DNA of 64,000 bases from Candidatus Woesebacteria bacterium (GTDB lineage Bacteria > Patescibacteriota > Microgenomatia > UBA8517). The position numbers and the translations under genes are program-made. The DNA lies in assembly GCA_963784785.1 (NCBI GenBank), contig CAWASW010000015.1, positions 2,149 through 66,148 of the forward strand. The letters are read 5' to 3'. The notes beneath the pieces are model-generated. The model worked only from the letters and a program-made list of their open reading frames with translations. It was not told the DNA's origin and searched no databases. How positions within the stretch are numbered: position 1 is the stretch's first letter; each line of letters begins with the position of its first letter. Shown here in pieces: positions 55,601-64,000 of the stretch.

Positions 55601-56887
55601 TTAAATTTCCTCAATTTCTGCACCTAGTTTTTTCAAATTCTTCGAAAAGTTTGGATGACCTCTATAAAGTGCATCTGCATTTAGTATCGTTGTTTCTCCT
55701 TCTGCCATCATGGCACACATTGTCATTGCAACAACAGCTCTAATAATATAAGGAGCCTCAAGTTTAGCACCAGTTAATTTATTGCCGGCATTTATTATCA
55801 CCCTGTGTGGATCTGCCATAATGACATTTGCTCCAAGTTTTGATAATTCTGATGTCCAAAATAAACCTGATTCATACATCCAATTATGAAATAATATATT
55901 TCCTGACTTTGCAGATAGCGCGATAGGGACAAATAAAGGCAGCATATCGACAGGTAAGCTTGGCCAAGGCTGTGCTTTAATAACTAAAGTATCACTATCG
56001 AAATCGTCAATCTTAATATCTTGATTGGCAGCAACTACTGCTTGATCATTATTATATTTTATATTTATATTAAATTTCGAAAAAACATGATTTATATGAA
56101 CAGATAAGTCAGGTAATGAATCATTTACTTTTATTTCACCCTTAGTTACTGCTCCAAGTGCTAAAAACGTTGCGATTTCGTAATGGTCAGATAGTATTTT
56201 ATATTCATTTGGAGGGGTTAACTTATCTATTTTTTCAATTATTAAAACACTTGAGCCTATACCATCAATTTTCGCTCCAGATTTTACAAGCAGACGACAT
56301 AAATCTTGAACTTGCGGCTCTGATGCAGCCCCAATTATTGTAGTTTTCCCTTTTAATCCAACAGCTAACATAATTACATTTTCTGTAACAGTAGGGCTCA
56401 TTTCAGTAAGCCATAGAGTTGTAGCTTTAGCAGCTTTTGCATCCATTGAAACTCCACAAAGGGATGGTTCTATTTTGACGTTAAGTTTTTTAAATGCATC
56501 AAAATGAGAGTCTAATGGCCTTATTCCAAGTGTGCATCCTCCAGGTAATTCCTCAAAGGAAACCCTTCCGAATCGGGAAAGCATTGATCCCCAAAGTAAA
56601 GATGTGCCCCTCATGTTTCCAAAATCATTCTTTGAAACTGAATTGTAAGTTAAATTTGAATTATCTATTTCTAATTCAAGAGAATCCTTATTCCAACTTA
56701 TTTTAGACCCAAGACTTTCTAATATTGAGACTAAATGGCCAACGTCTGTAATATCTGGAATATTTTTTAATTTAATAGGTTTATCAAATAGTACTGTTGC
56801 AGATATTAACGCCACAGCCGAATTTTTACTTCCTGAAGGAGTAATCTCGCCTGATAATACTTGGCCTCCTCTTACACGTATGTTCAT
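55601..56887 (-). CDS. murA: UDP-N-acetylglucosamine 1-carboxyvinyltransferase
   Basis: MNIRVRGGQVLSGEITPSGSKNSAVALISATVL and the EPSP-synthase fold length. Confidence 0.85.
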   Translation of the reverse strand: MNIRVRGGQVLSGEITPSGSKNSAVALISATVLFDKPIKLKNIPDITDVGHLVSILESLGSKISWNKDSLELEIDNSNLTYNSVSKNDFGNMRGTSLLWGSMLSRFGRVSFEELPGGCTLGIRPLDSHFDAFKKLNVKIEPSLCGVSMDAKAAKATTLWLTEMSPTVTENVIMLAVGLKGKTTIIGAASEPQVQDLCRLLVKSGAKIDGIGSSVLIIEKIDKLTPPNEYKILSDHYEIATFLALGAVTKGEIKVNDSLPDLSVHINHVFSKFNINIKYNNDQAVVAANQDIKIDDFDSDTLVIKAQPWPSLPVDMLPLFVPIALSAKSGNILFHNWMYESGLFWTSELSKLGANVIMADPHRVIINAGNKLTGAKLEAPYIIRAVVAMTMCAMMAEGETTILNADALYRGHPNFSKNLKKLGAEIEEI

Positions 56888-56908
56888 ATATATCTAGTGA
56901 TAGTATAC

Positions 56909-58573
56909 CTAATTTTCTGGCTGAATGCCAAAAACCTGAAATAAATCTCTTGCTATAGAATACCACAATGGAGCGGCAGTTTCAGAAGCCCATTGAGAAC
57001 TTTGTGGTTCCTTCAACGTAACTATCATCACAAACTTAGGGTCATCTGCCGGAGCAAAGCCAACAAAACTTGCAATTGTTTTTGTTTCGTCATAATGACC
57101 TTCAATAGGAATTTGGGCAGTACCCGTTTTTCCAGCTATATTAAATCCTTGAAGATTTGTCCATTTCGATTCTCCATATTTTGAAGATTGAATCATAATT
57201 TCAGTCATTTTTTTGGAAGCCTCAGTTGAAATAATTCGTTTTCCATCAGTATGATCATTTACCACAACCTTCGGCTGAACAAGATATCCTCCGTTTGCAA
57301 TTGCAGCTACAGCTCTAACTAGTTGTATTGGTGTAGTTGCTACTCCTTGACCAAATGATGAGGTCATTAAGTCAACTATATTCCACATTCCTTTCTTACG
57401 AAGAGGGACACTTGCTTCACCTTGCAAATCAATACCTGTAAGTTTACCTATACCAAATTTATCTAGATATTCATACATTTTATCCTCACCTAATTTTTGA
57501 GCCACAAAACTCATACCCACGTTATCTGAGTGTACTATCACATCTGTCATTGTTGAGTCTGGGTGGTATTTGTTATCCCAAGTATTGATATAATATTTAT
57601 CAACTTTCAGAGGTTTATCGCATATATCGCACTTTGTATCTGGTTCAACCAGCTCAGCATCAAGTCCCGCAGCCATAACAATTACCTTAAAAACAGATCC
57701 TGGTTCAAATGTGTCAGATATTGCAGGGTTACGGTACAAAACTCCATCGTATTCATAATATTTTGCAGGATCATAAGATGGATATGAAGCCATACCTAAA
57801 ATACCACCACTTTTTGGATCCATAACAATAACAGACCCTTCTTTGGCCCCATATTTTTCCTGAGCTTCCTTTAATTTTTCTTCTATTGAAGTCTGTATAC
57901 GTTTATCAATATAAGTATTTAAATCAGTTCCTGACATTGAATTTGCTTCCTGAAGGCCTTCTGAAAGAAGCGGTGCTCCTTTTAGATCTTTTTTCCTCTC
58001 CTGATATCCAGACTTTCCAGTGAGTGATAAATCATAGTAACCTTCTAAACCAAAATATCCAGTGTCCTTTCCTTCGTTATTTTTTCCGACAAAGCCTAAC
58101 AATTGGGCAGAAGATGAACCTTCAGGGTAAAATCTATTTTCTTCAGGATCAAAACCTAACCCCTTAATATTCATGTCAATTATTTTTTGCTTTATATCAC
58201 TTGTGAGTCTATGCCTAATTGGAACCCAGACGGAATCTTTTTTATCAATCAGCTCTTGTATACGTTCTACTTCTAGTAAAATATTTTCTTCACTCACAAA
58301 TAATGGAGCAAGTAAGTTTGCAATTTCTTTCGAAGATTTATTTATTTTCTTTGTTTCAGCAAAAAGTAACCAATTCGTACGCATAACAGCAAACCAGGTC
58401 CCATCACTGGCATATATGTTACCCCTTGATGCTTCAATTTTCTTAGACCCACTATACTGATATCCAGCTTCAGTATTTAATTCTTGGCCCTTAATAATTT
58501 GCCAATAAAAAAGTCTAGATAATACTGCTGCAAAAAGAAATCCAAAGAAAACTATAGTAATTTTTAGCCGCAT
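56909..58573 (-). CDS. ftsI: penicillin-binding protein 2/3 transpeptidase (FtsI-like)
   Basis: N-terminal TM, dimerisation domain, SxxK (GSVFKVI), SxN (HSDN), KTG (AGKTGTA). Confidence 0.85.
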   Translation of the reverse strand: MRLKITIVFFGFLFAAVLSRLFYWQIIKGQELNTEAGYQYSGSKKIEASRGNIYASDGTWFAVMRTNWLLFAETKKINKSSKEIANLLAPLFVSEENILLEVERIQELIDKKDSVWVPIRHRLTSDIKQKIIDMNIKGLGFDPEENRFYPEGSSSAQLLGFVGKNNEGKDTGYFGLEGYYDLSLTGKSGYQERKKDLKGAPLLSEGLQEANSMSGTDLNTYIDKRIQTSIEEKLKEAQEKYGAKEGSVIVMDPKSGGILGMASYPSYDPAKYYEYDGVLYRNPAISDTFEPGSVFKVIVMAAGLDAELVEPDTKCDICDKPLKVDKYYINTWDNKYHPDSTMTDVIVHSDNVGMSFVAQKLGEDKMYEYLDKFGIGKLTGIDLQGEASVPLRKKGMWNIVDLMTSSFGQGVATTPIQLVRAVAAIANGGYLVQPKVVVNDHTDGKRIISTEASKKMTEIMIQSSKYGESKWTNLQGFNIAGKTGTAQIPIEGHYDETKTIASFVGFAPADDPKFVMIVTLKEPQSSQWASETAAPLWYSIARDLFQVFGIQPEN

Positions 58574-58586
58574 TTTAATATATCTG

Positions 58587-58883
58587 TTACCTCATACTAG
58601 CAACAGAATCTATAGAATTAAAGTAGAGAACCTTAGAAGGTTTGGCAAAACCTAACTTTATCACATCTTCTGAATTCTTAGTCCCTTCACCTTTTTCAAA
58701 TATATTTTCTGACAATTCTCTTTTGGCTATTACTGAATTTTCCAACTTGTCCTCAAGATTAGAAATTTCTACACCACGGCTTGCTTGCTCTATGCCTAGA
58801 AAGACAACACCGACAAGAAGTATTAAATTCACTATCCAAATTAATTTGTAATTAATTTTTTGTATAGACATATAGTTTTGCAC
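58587..58883 (-). CDS. ftsL: FtsL-like cell division protein
   Basis: 98 aa, single TM followed by a coiled coil. Position between rsmH and ftsI. Confidence 0.55.
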   Translation of the reverse strand: MQNYMSIQKINYKLIWIVNLILLVGVVFLGIEQASRGVEISNLEDKLENSVIAKRELSENIFEKGEGTKNSEDVIKLGFAKPSKVLYFNSIDSVASMR

Positions 58884-59685
58884 TCCTTGATCTAATATTT
58901 TTGTTAATTTCTGAATAACTTGGAATTCTGATTTTCGTTCTTAAATTCATATATTTTTGTACTATTTCTTCTTCACCAGAGTGAAAAGTGATTATCAATA
59001 ACCTTCCATTTTTTTTCAAGAGGCCAATGGCCTCCGGTATAACCTTATCTAAATTATCAAGTTCGCTATTTACTGCAATTCGTAAAGCTAACATTGGTAA
59101 AGTGGCAGGGTTTAGATGTTCCTTATGAGGTATATCTTTCAACACCTCGACAAGTTCAGATACCTTATATATCGGTCTTAATGTCATAATTCTGCTTGCA
59201 ATTCTTTTGGATTCGTTGTGTGAGAGTACTCTTTCAAAAAGATGCGTAAGTTGAGTTTGGTCAAGAACATTTAACAAATCCGACGCCTTTACCCCCTGTA
59301 CTTCAGGATTAAGTCTCATATCAAGATCTTGATCTGGGTTGCTAAACGAAAAACCTCGTTCATCCTCTTTTAAATGTAAATTTGACACACCTAAATCAAA
59401 AAGTATTCCGTCCGTCTCTTCAAATCCATTATCTTTTGCAATTTTTAATAAATTGTCAAAATTACCTAAAACTAATTTTGAATTTGTCCCTGCTAATCTG
59501 TCACTAGCAATTGATAACATCTTTGGATCAGCTTCGATACCTAGGACCTCTCCCCCTGCGTTTAAAATTGCCTCAGTGTGTCCACCGGTACCTAAAGTGC
59601 AATCAACAATACGTGAACCGGTATTAACATGCAAGCTTTCTACAACTTCTTTAACTAATACTGATTCATGGTAATTATTTGTCAT
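58852..59685 (-). CDS. rsmH: 16S rRNA (cytosine1402-N4)-methyltransferase RsmH (MraW)
   Basis: ESVLVKEVVESL…IVDCTLGTGGHTEAIL. Confidence 0.85.
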   Translation of the reverse strand: MTNNYHESVLVKEVVESLHVNTGSRIVDCTLGTGGHTEAILNAGGEVLGIEADPKMLSIASDRLAGTNSKLVLGNFDNLLKIAKDNGFEETDGILFDLGVSNLHLKEDERGFSFSNPDQDLDMRLNPEVQGVKASDLLNVLDQTQLTHLFERVLSHNESKRIASRIMTLRPIYKVSELVEVLKDIPHKEHLNPATLPMLALRIAVNSELDNLDKVIPEAIGLLKKNGRLLIITFHSGEEEIVQKYMNLRTKIRIPSYSEINKNIRSRSAKLYVYTKN

Positions 59686-60106
59686 TTGCTAGTTTTTCAA
59701 TTATTTCAAACGCCTCTTTTGCCAAACTTTTTTGTTTCTCTTCCCAAATCTTGCTGTCCCAAATTTCTACCCTATCTCCTAAGCCTATGAAACTAACTTG
59801 ATCAGTTAGCTTTGCATAAGATGTCAAAATTTCAGGCAACACAATCCTTCCTTGATCATCAGGTAGAGTATTATAAGCTGACCCCAAGATAAATCTTTCT
59901 GTTTCTCGTATCGGAGAAACTATTATCTTTTGATCCCCTACCAATCTTTTGTAAAGTGCATTCCAACTATCCTCAGCAACCAAAACAAGACATTCTTCGT
60001 ACCATTTGGCTAAAATATATTTTTCTCCCAATTCCGAACGTAGAGGTGCTGGTATGAAGATTCTTCGACCATTTGCAACTTTGATCTGATATGTTCCTAA
60101 TAACAT
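59675..60106 (-). CDS. mraZ: transcriptional regulator MraZ
   Basis: MLLGTYQIKVANGRRIFIPAPLRSEL and a second SpoVT/AbrB-like repeat with DDQGRIVLP. Confidence 0.85.
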   Translation of the reverse strand: MLLGTYQIKVANGRRIFIPAPLRSELGEKYILAKWYEECLVLVAEDSWNALYKRLVGDQKIIVSPIRETERFILGSAYNTLPDDQGRIVLPEILTSYAKLTDQVSFIGLGDRVEIWDSKIWEEKQKSLAKEAFEIIEKLANDK

Positions 60107-60321
60107 TATTTTTATTCATTCTGGGCAGAATGTGAGTTAGATGGTAATCCATTTCCCTCCATTACTAACCATTTTGCATTTTCTTTCACGCCATGTCAAT
60201 AGTTATTTTCACCGAACAAAGTACATCAATTTAGTTTTGTGTCATTGCGAGGAGCCATGCGACGTGGCAATCCAATATTAGATTGCTTCACTTTGTTCGC
60301 AATGACAAATTGGCTGATTTT

Positions 60322-61008
60322 TTACTTGAAGAAAATATTTGAAGAAATAACTTTCCAACCCTCTGCAGAACCTGAAGGTAGTGTGTCAGAGCTGAATATT
60401 CCATAAGGACCTGAGACAACAGAAGTAATAGTGCTATCCATTAAACCAAATGTCTCCATTGTTACAAAGAAAATTCCTTTTGGTTTTTTATCAAGTTTGT
60501 ATATGAAATTTTGATCAATTGAAACCAATTCTTGGTCAACAGATTGCAAACTCCACTTTGTAGAAAACTTTGCAAGAAGCTTCCCACTTGAGTTTCGAAG
60601 TCTCACTGTAAGACTTCCGTCTTTTACACCTTCATCATATCTAAATTTTCCATTTGATTCTGAACCTAGTAAAAGTTTTCTTTCAAAAGAAGTCTGTCCT
60701 TTTAAATCCACAGTTCCAGGAACACCTTGTGTTCTACCATCTGGTAAGGTGTAAAGAAGCTCATAATCAAGTGAAACTGCCTTTGGCAAAGTAATTTTAT
60801 CTATTTTTAAGTTTATGTAGTGACCGTCAGCTGTTGGAGTAAGGGAGGCAAACGGCCTATCTTTGAAAGCGACCTCTGCTAGTGGAGCCGAGTCATCAAC
60901 GACAACAGCAGTTTTTTTATTTTTAATAATTACGAAAACTAATACTAGTACAATAAGTCCAACGCCAAGGAGAATTAGAGGAAGAAATTTCTTTGTTTGT
61001 TCGTTCAT
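60322..61008 (-). CDS. hypothetical membrane-anchored protein
   Basis: N-terminal TM (LPLILLGVGLIVLVLVFVII) and a ~190-aa extracytoplasmic domain. Confidence 0.45.
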   Translation of the reverse strand: MNEQTKKFLPLILLGVGLIVLVLVFVIIKNKKTAVVVDDSAPLAEVAFKDRPFASLTPTADGHYINLKIDKITLPKAVSLDYELLYTLPDGRTQGVPGTVDLKGQTSFERKLLLGSESNGKFRYDEGVKDGSLTVRLRNSSGKLLAKFSTKWSLQSVDQELVSIDQNFIYKLDKKPKGIFFVTMETFGLMDSTITSVVSGPYGIFSSDTLPSGSAEGWKVISSNIFFK

Positions 61009-61061
61009 CTTAATCTATTTTCAATTCAAATTCCGATATTGTCAACTAGCATCTCTAAAAA

Positions 61062-61817
61062 TACACCTCGGGGGTGTATTCATATTGACACCTTGGTACA
61101 AATGGTTCATAAATAATTATGGCAAGAAGACTTGTCCCCCTTATTACTGGTTATTATTATCATGTTTACAATCGCGGCGTAAACAAACGTAGAATCTTCA
61201 CACACAAACATGAATATGTTCACACAATTAATTTAATTAAATTTTATAATTACGTCGATTATCCAATCAGATTTTCCAAATTTATGCTATTGCACAAAGA
61301 CCAGAGAAAAGAAATCTGGCAAAGATTATCAAAAAGTAACAAGTACACAGACATCCTATCATACTGTTTGATGCCCAATCACTTTCATTTTTTGATAAAA
61401 CAGAATGTTGATCATGGAATATCTAAATTTATTGGTAATTTTCAAAATAGCTATGTCAAATATTTCAATATCAAAAACCAACGTGTAGGCCCATTATTTC
61501 AAGGACAATTCAAGGCAGTTAAGATTGACACGAAAGAACAACTATTACATGTTTCCAGATATATACATCTAAATCCATATTCTTCAGGAATAGTTGCTAA
61601 TACAGAGAAATTAGCAAGTTATAAGTGGTCATCATTACAAGAGTACTTAAATGAAGCCAAATTTCCGTTTTGCGATAAAGACGACATCTTATCTAATTTT
61701 AAATCTAAAAATTCATATAAAGAATTTGTGTTAAATAACGCAGGTTATCAAAAAGAGTTAGAGGATACTAAGCACTATAACCTAGAGTAAGGTACTAAAG
61801 TACACCTCGGGGGTGTA
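61062..61817 (+). mobile_element. RAYT-like unit: Y1 transposase gene bracketed by identical palindromes TACACCTCGGGGGTGTA
   Basis: Identical 17-nt hairpins at 61062-61078 and 61801-61817 in direct orientation, 40 bp upstream and 11 bp downstream of the gene. Confidence 0.75.
61119..61790 (+). CDS. REP-associated tyrosine transposase-like / IS200-like Y1 transposase (Transposase_17 family)
   Basis: YHVYNRGVNKR, HUH CLMPNHFHFLI, Tyr region VSRYIHLNP. Paralog of 41924..42595. Confidence 0.8.
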   Translation: MARRLVPLITGYYYHVYNRGVNKRRIFTHKHEYVHTINLIKFYNYVDYPIRFSKFMLLHKDQRKEIWQRLSKSNKYTDILSYCLMPNHFHFLIKQNVDHGISKFIGNFQNSYVKYFNIKNQRVGPLFQGQFKAVKIDTKEQLLHVSRYIHLNPYSSGIVANTEKLASYKWSSLQEYLNEAKFPFCDKDDILSNFKSKNSYKEFVLNNAGYQKELEDTKHYNLE

Positions 61818-61818
61818 T

Positions 61819-62190
61819 TTAATCTAATACCTTATCTGTCTTTAATAATTCAGTTTTATTTTTACCCGTTAAAACTTGTTTTAAAACTAAAAATTTCACT
61901 ACATTATCTGTATGGTTTGTAAATGTATGCGGGGTATATCCTGTCTCAATCAAATCTCCGACAGATACAATCTGTGTCTTCTCTTCATTATTTTCTTTCC
62001 ATGTTACAGTTAATTCACCTTCAATAATAAATAAAGTTTCAGAAATTTTTTCATGGTGGTGCCAGGTTTGTGTCGAGCCTGCCACTTGTTCATTATAATG
62101 AACCTCGTATTCGTCTCGAAGATAATAATCTACCTTTGTCCCTTCTGGCTTATCTACATGGATAGCATCAGACTTTTTAATAATTTTCAT
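61819..62190 (-). CDS. cupin-domain protein
   Basis: 123 aa. His-containing motif WHHHE…G…H across two beta-strands (TQTWHHHEKISETLFIIEGEL). Confidence 0.6.
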   Translation of the reverse strand: MKIIKKSDAIHVDKPEGTKVDYYLRDEYEVHYNEQVAGSTQTWHHHEKISETLFIIEGELTVTWKENNEEKTQIVSVGDLIETGYTPHTFTNHTDNVVKFLVLKQVLTGKNKTELLKTDKVLD

Positions 62191-63551
62191 TATTTTAATT
62201 TTTCTTCAAAATAATCTTGAAGTTTTGAAATTTCAATTCTTTCTTGTTTACCAGTATCTCTATCACGGACAGTGACAGAATTATCTTTTTCAGTATCAAA
62301 ATCAACAGTTACACACCAAGGCGTACCAATTTCATCCTGAGCAGCATATCTTTTTCCAATATTTCCTCTATCGTCCCAAGTGACGTTCATATCTTTCTTT
62401 AACTCTTTATAAACTTCGCGTGCTTTTGCAGTTAATTCAGGCTTATTTCCAAGTAGAGGGAAAATTGCAACTTTATATGGTGCAATCTTTGGATTAAGTT
62501 TTAATATCACTTTACCTTCTTCGTTTTCTGTGTATGCATCAAATAGAATAATTCCGGTCAATCTTGATAAACCAAATGTTGGTTCAATTACATGAGGTAT
62601 ATATTTTTCATTGGTTTGAGGATCTATAAAACTTAGGTCCTTACCTGAATTATTTGCATGATTTGTTAAATCAAAATTTGTCCTATATGCAATTCCAAAC
62701 ATCTCCTTAAAACCATATGGATATTCATATTCAATATCAGCAGTTTTTTTAGAATAGTGAGATCTTTCTGTTTCTTCATGTTCTCTCCATTTAAGTTTCT
62801 TTTCATTTAATCCTAAACTTAGCGCAAACTGCCACATTTCCTTACTAAATAAATTAAATACTTCTTCCCAATTTTCTTCCTTTATAAAATATTCAAATTC
62901 CATTAAGTCAAATTCAAAACTTCTATGAACAAACTGGCCCATGGTAATTTCATTTCTGTATGCTTTTCCAACCTGTGCGATCCCAAATGGAATCTTGACT
63001 CTTGTAGAAGCAATGACATTTTTGAAATTTAAAAATATTCCTTGTGCAATTTCCCCTCTTAAATAAGCTAAATTTTTGCCTTCTTCAAGAACCCCTAGTT
63101 TTACTTCAACAAGTTGATTAAATTTTCGAATAGAAGTCCAATTAAATTTTCCACATTTAGGACACTTTATCTTGTTATCATTAACTATCTTTTCTAACTC
63201 ATCAAAAGAGAGCCCTTCTACTTTAATTCCGATTTCTGCATTTTCTATCAAATGGTCAGCCCTAGCTCTATTCTTGCATTCTTTACAATCTATTAAAGCC
63301 TCGTTAAAGCCTGTCATGTGTCCTGAGGCATTCCACACCTCTGGTCTTAAAATTGAGGCTGCATCAATCATGACCATATTATCTTTATCAGTCACAAAAG
63401 TCTTGATCCATAAGTCACGAATGTTATTCTTAAGAAGTGTGCCCATAGGACCAAAATCCCAAGTATTTGCCATACCACCGTAAATTTCAGATGAAGGAAA
63501 AACAAATCCTCGTCTTTTTGCAAGTGAAGCAATCTTTTCTTTTAAGTCCAT
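62190..63551 (-). CDS. glyQS: glycyl-tRNA synthetase (class II, dimeric type)
   Basis: MDLKEKIASLAKRRGFVFPSSEIYGGMANTWDFGPMG…, class II motifs, and a C-terminal anticodon-binding domain. Confidence 0.9.
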   Translation of the reverse strand: MDLKEKIASLAKRRGFVFPSSEIYGGMANTWDFGPMGTLLKNNIRDLWIKTFVTDKDNMVMIDAASILRPEVWNASGHMTGFNEALIDCKECKNRARADHLIENAEIGIKVEGLSFDELEKIVNDNKIKCPKCGKFNWTSIRKFNQLVEVKLGVLEEGKNLAYLRGEIAQGIFLNFKNVIASTRVKIPFGIAQVGKAYRNEITMGQFVHRSFEFDLMEFEYFIKEENWEEVFNLFSKEMWQFALSLGLNEKKLKWREHEETERSHYSKKTADIEYEYPYGFKEMFGIAYRTNFDLTNHANNSGKDLSFIDPQTNEKYIPHVIEPTFGLSRLTGIILFDAYTENEEGKVILKLNPKIAPYKVAIFPLLGNKPELTAKAREVYKELKKDMNVTWDDRGNIGKRYAAQDEIGTPWCVTVDFDTEKDNSVTVRDRDTGKQERIEISKLQDYFEEKLK

Positions 63552-63800
63552 ATTGAAATTATAATCTTGAATGCAGAATTTAGAAAGAGTTAAGAATGGT
63601 CATCGGAACTAAAAACAATAGTCTTAGCTGCGGGAACTATTCTTTTTGTATCACCATGATCATTCTCATCCGCTTCAATCTTTACTACAGGTTTTGGGAA
63701 TGAAGTACCGTGATCTGTATCTCTTTCTTCAATTTTTTCTTCTGGTTCAGGAGTCATAAGCAGAAATATATCACTATTTTAAAAAAATGCAAATTGTTAT

Positions 63801-64000
63801 TCTGAAGTAACACCATCAAATTCCTCTTCGGCAGCAAGGGCATCTTCTTTAGTTTTGTGAATTGTTTTATCCATATGGTGTGGAGGTCCATAGATTGTAT
63901 AAAACTTCAAGTAATCTGAATCAGACATATTTACAATATTATGTTTTGCACCTTTAGGTACAATTATTACATCGCCATCTTTTAGTTCATATTCAGTACC
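63801..64000 (-). CDS. cupin-domain protein, C-terminal part (gene continues past window end)
   Basis: Partial ORF GTEYELKDGDVIIVPKGAKHNIVNMSDSDYLKFYTIYGPPHHMDKT…, a cupin beta-barrel core. Confidence 0.5.

Noticed and set aside
63552-63800. Looked for a Gly T-box upstream of glyQS
   Set aside because: There is no AGGGTGGNACCGCG-like motif and no specifier hairpin. A 55-aa acidic ORF (63590..63757, minus) is present instead, but it is unsupported.
1-64000. Possibility of an alternative genetic code (UGA recoding, as in some CPR)
   Set aside because: Long, full-length housekeeping ORFs (ileS, glyQS, mur genes, pilB) read through cleanly under the standard code and terminate at normal stops. 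There is no sign of in-frame TGA within conserved domains.

Overview
The window is AT-rich (~30% GC) with tightly packed, mostly minus-strand genes. Gene content and architecture suggest a small-genome bacterium, possibly Patescibacteria/CPR-like (inference only).

Main blocks, left to right:
- 1-4.2 kb: a mobile-DNA junction. It holds a frameshifted Bro-N-like gene, a small membrane ORF, a complete IS3-family element with terminal inverted repeats and a programmed -1 frameshift site, and an unrecognisable 765-aa protein.
- 4.2-17.5 kb: a type IV pilus locus. It has three paralogous major-pilin-like genes, four minor/pseudopilins including a 602-aa pilin-like adhesin, pilC and pilB. Upstream are two stand-alone CheY-like response regulators, a Cache-PAS histidine kinase and two kinase-less Cache/PAS-HAMP sensors. 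The pilin genes carry 7-bp tandem repeats in their 5' ends.
- 19.0-30.9 kb: an ~11.5 kb accessory surface-glycan island. It contains a Cas4-like nuclease, an O-antigen ligase, a flippase, GT2/GT4 glycosyltransferases (some truncated), two methyltransferases, a secreted papain-like peptidase, an IS200 element and a higher-GC guanylate-kinase-like gene. The island is bracketed by a perfect 195-bp inverted repeat, each copy abutting the 3' end of a tRNA gene (tRNA-Thr on +, tRNA-Val on -).
- 31-38.4 kb: housekeeping genes. These are an IMPDH-family gene, lepB, parB, rpmA, rplU, a SEDS protein (RodA/FtsW family) and ileS, which is preceded by a T-box leader with an AUC (Ile) specifier.
- 38.7-60.1 kb: an extended dcw / peptidoglycan cluster. 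It runs mraZ-rsmH-ftsL-ftsI-murA-murE-yvcK-murC-murB-murD-murI-murF-mraY-ftsW-murG-ftsQ-ftsA-ftsZ. MurE is fused to a GlmU-like nucleotidyltransferase. A GrpB / hypothetical / REP-associated-tyrosine-transposase-like (RAYT-like) insertion sits between murG and ftsQ. ftsZ is split by an apparent frameshift.
- 60.3-64 kb: a second RAYT-like gene flanked by identical hairpins, two cupin genes and glyQS.

A 27-nt sequence identical to the RAYT flank lies in-frame inside a GT2 gene in the island.
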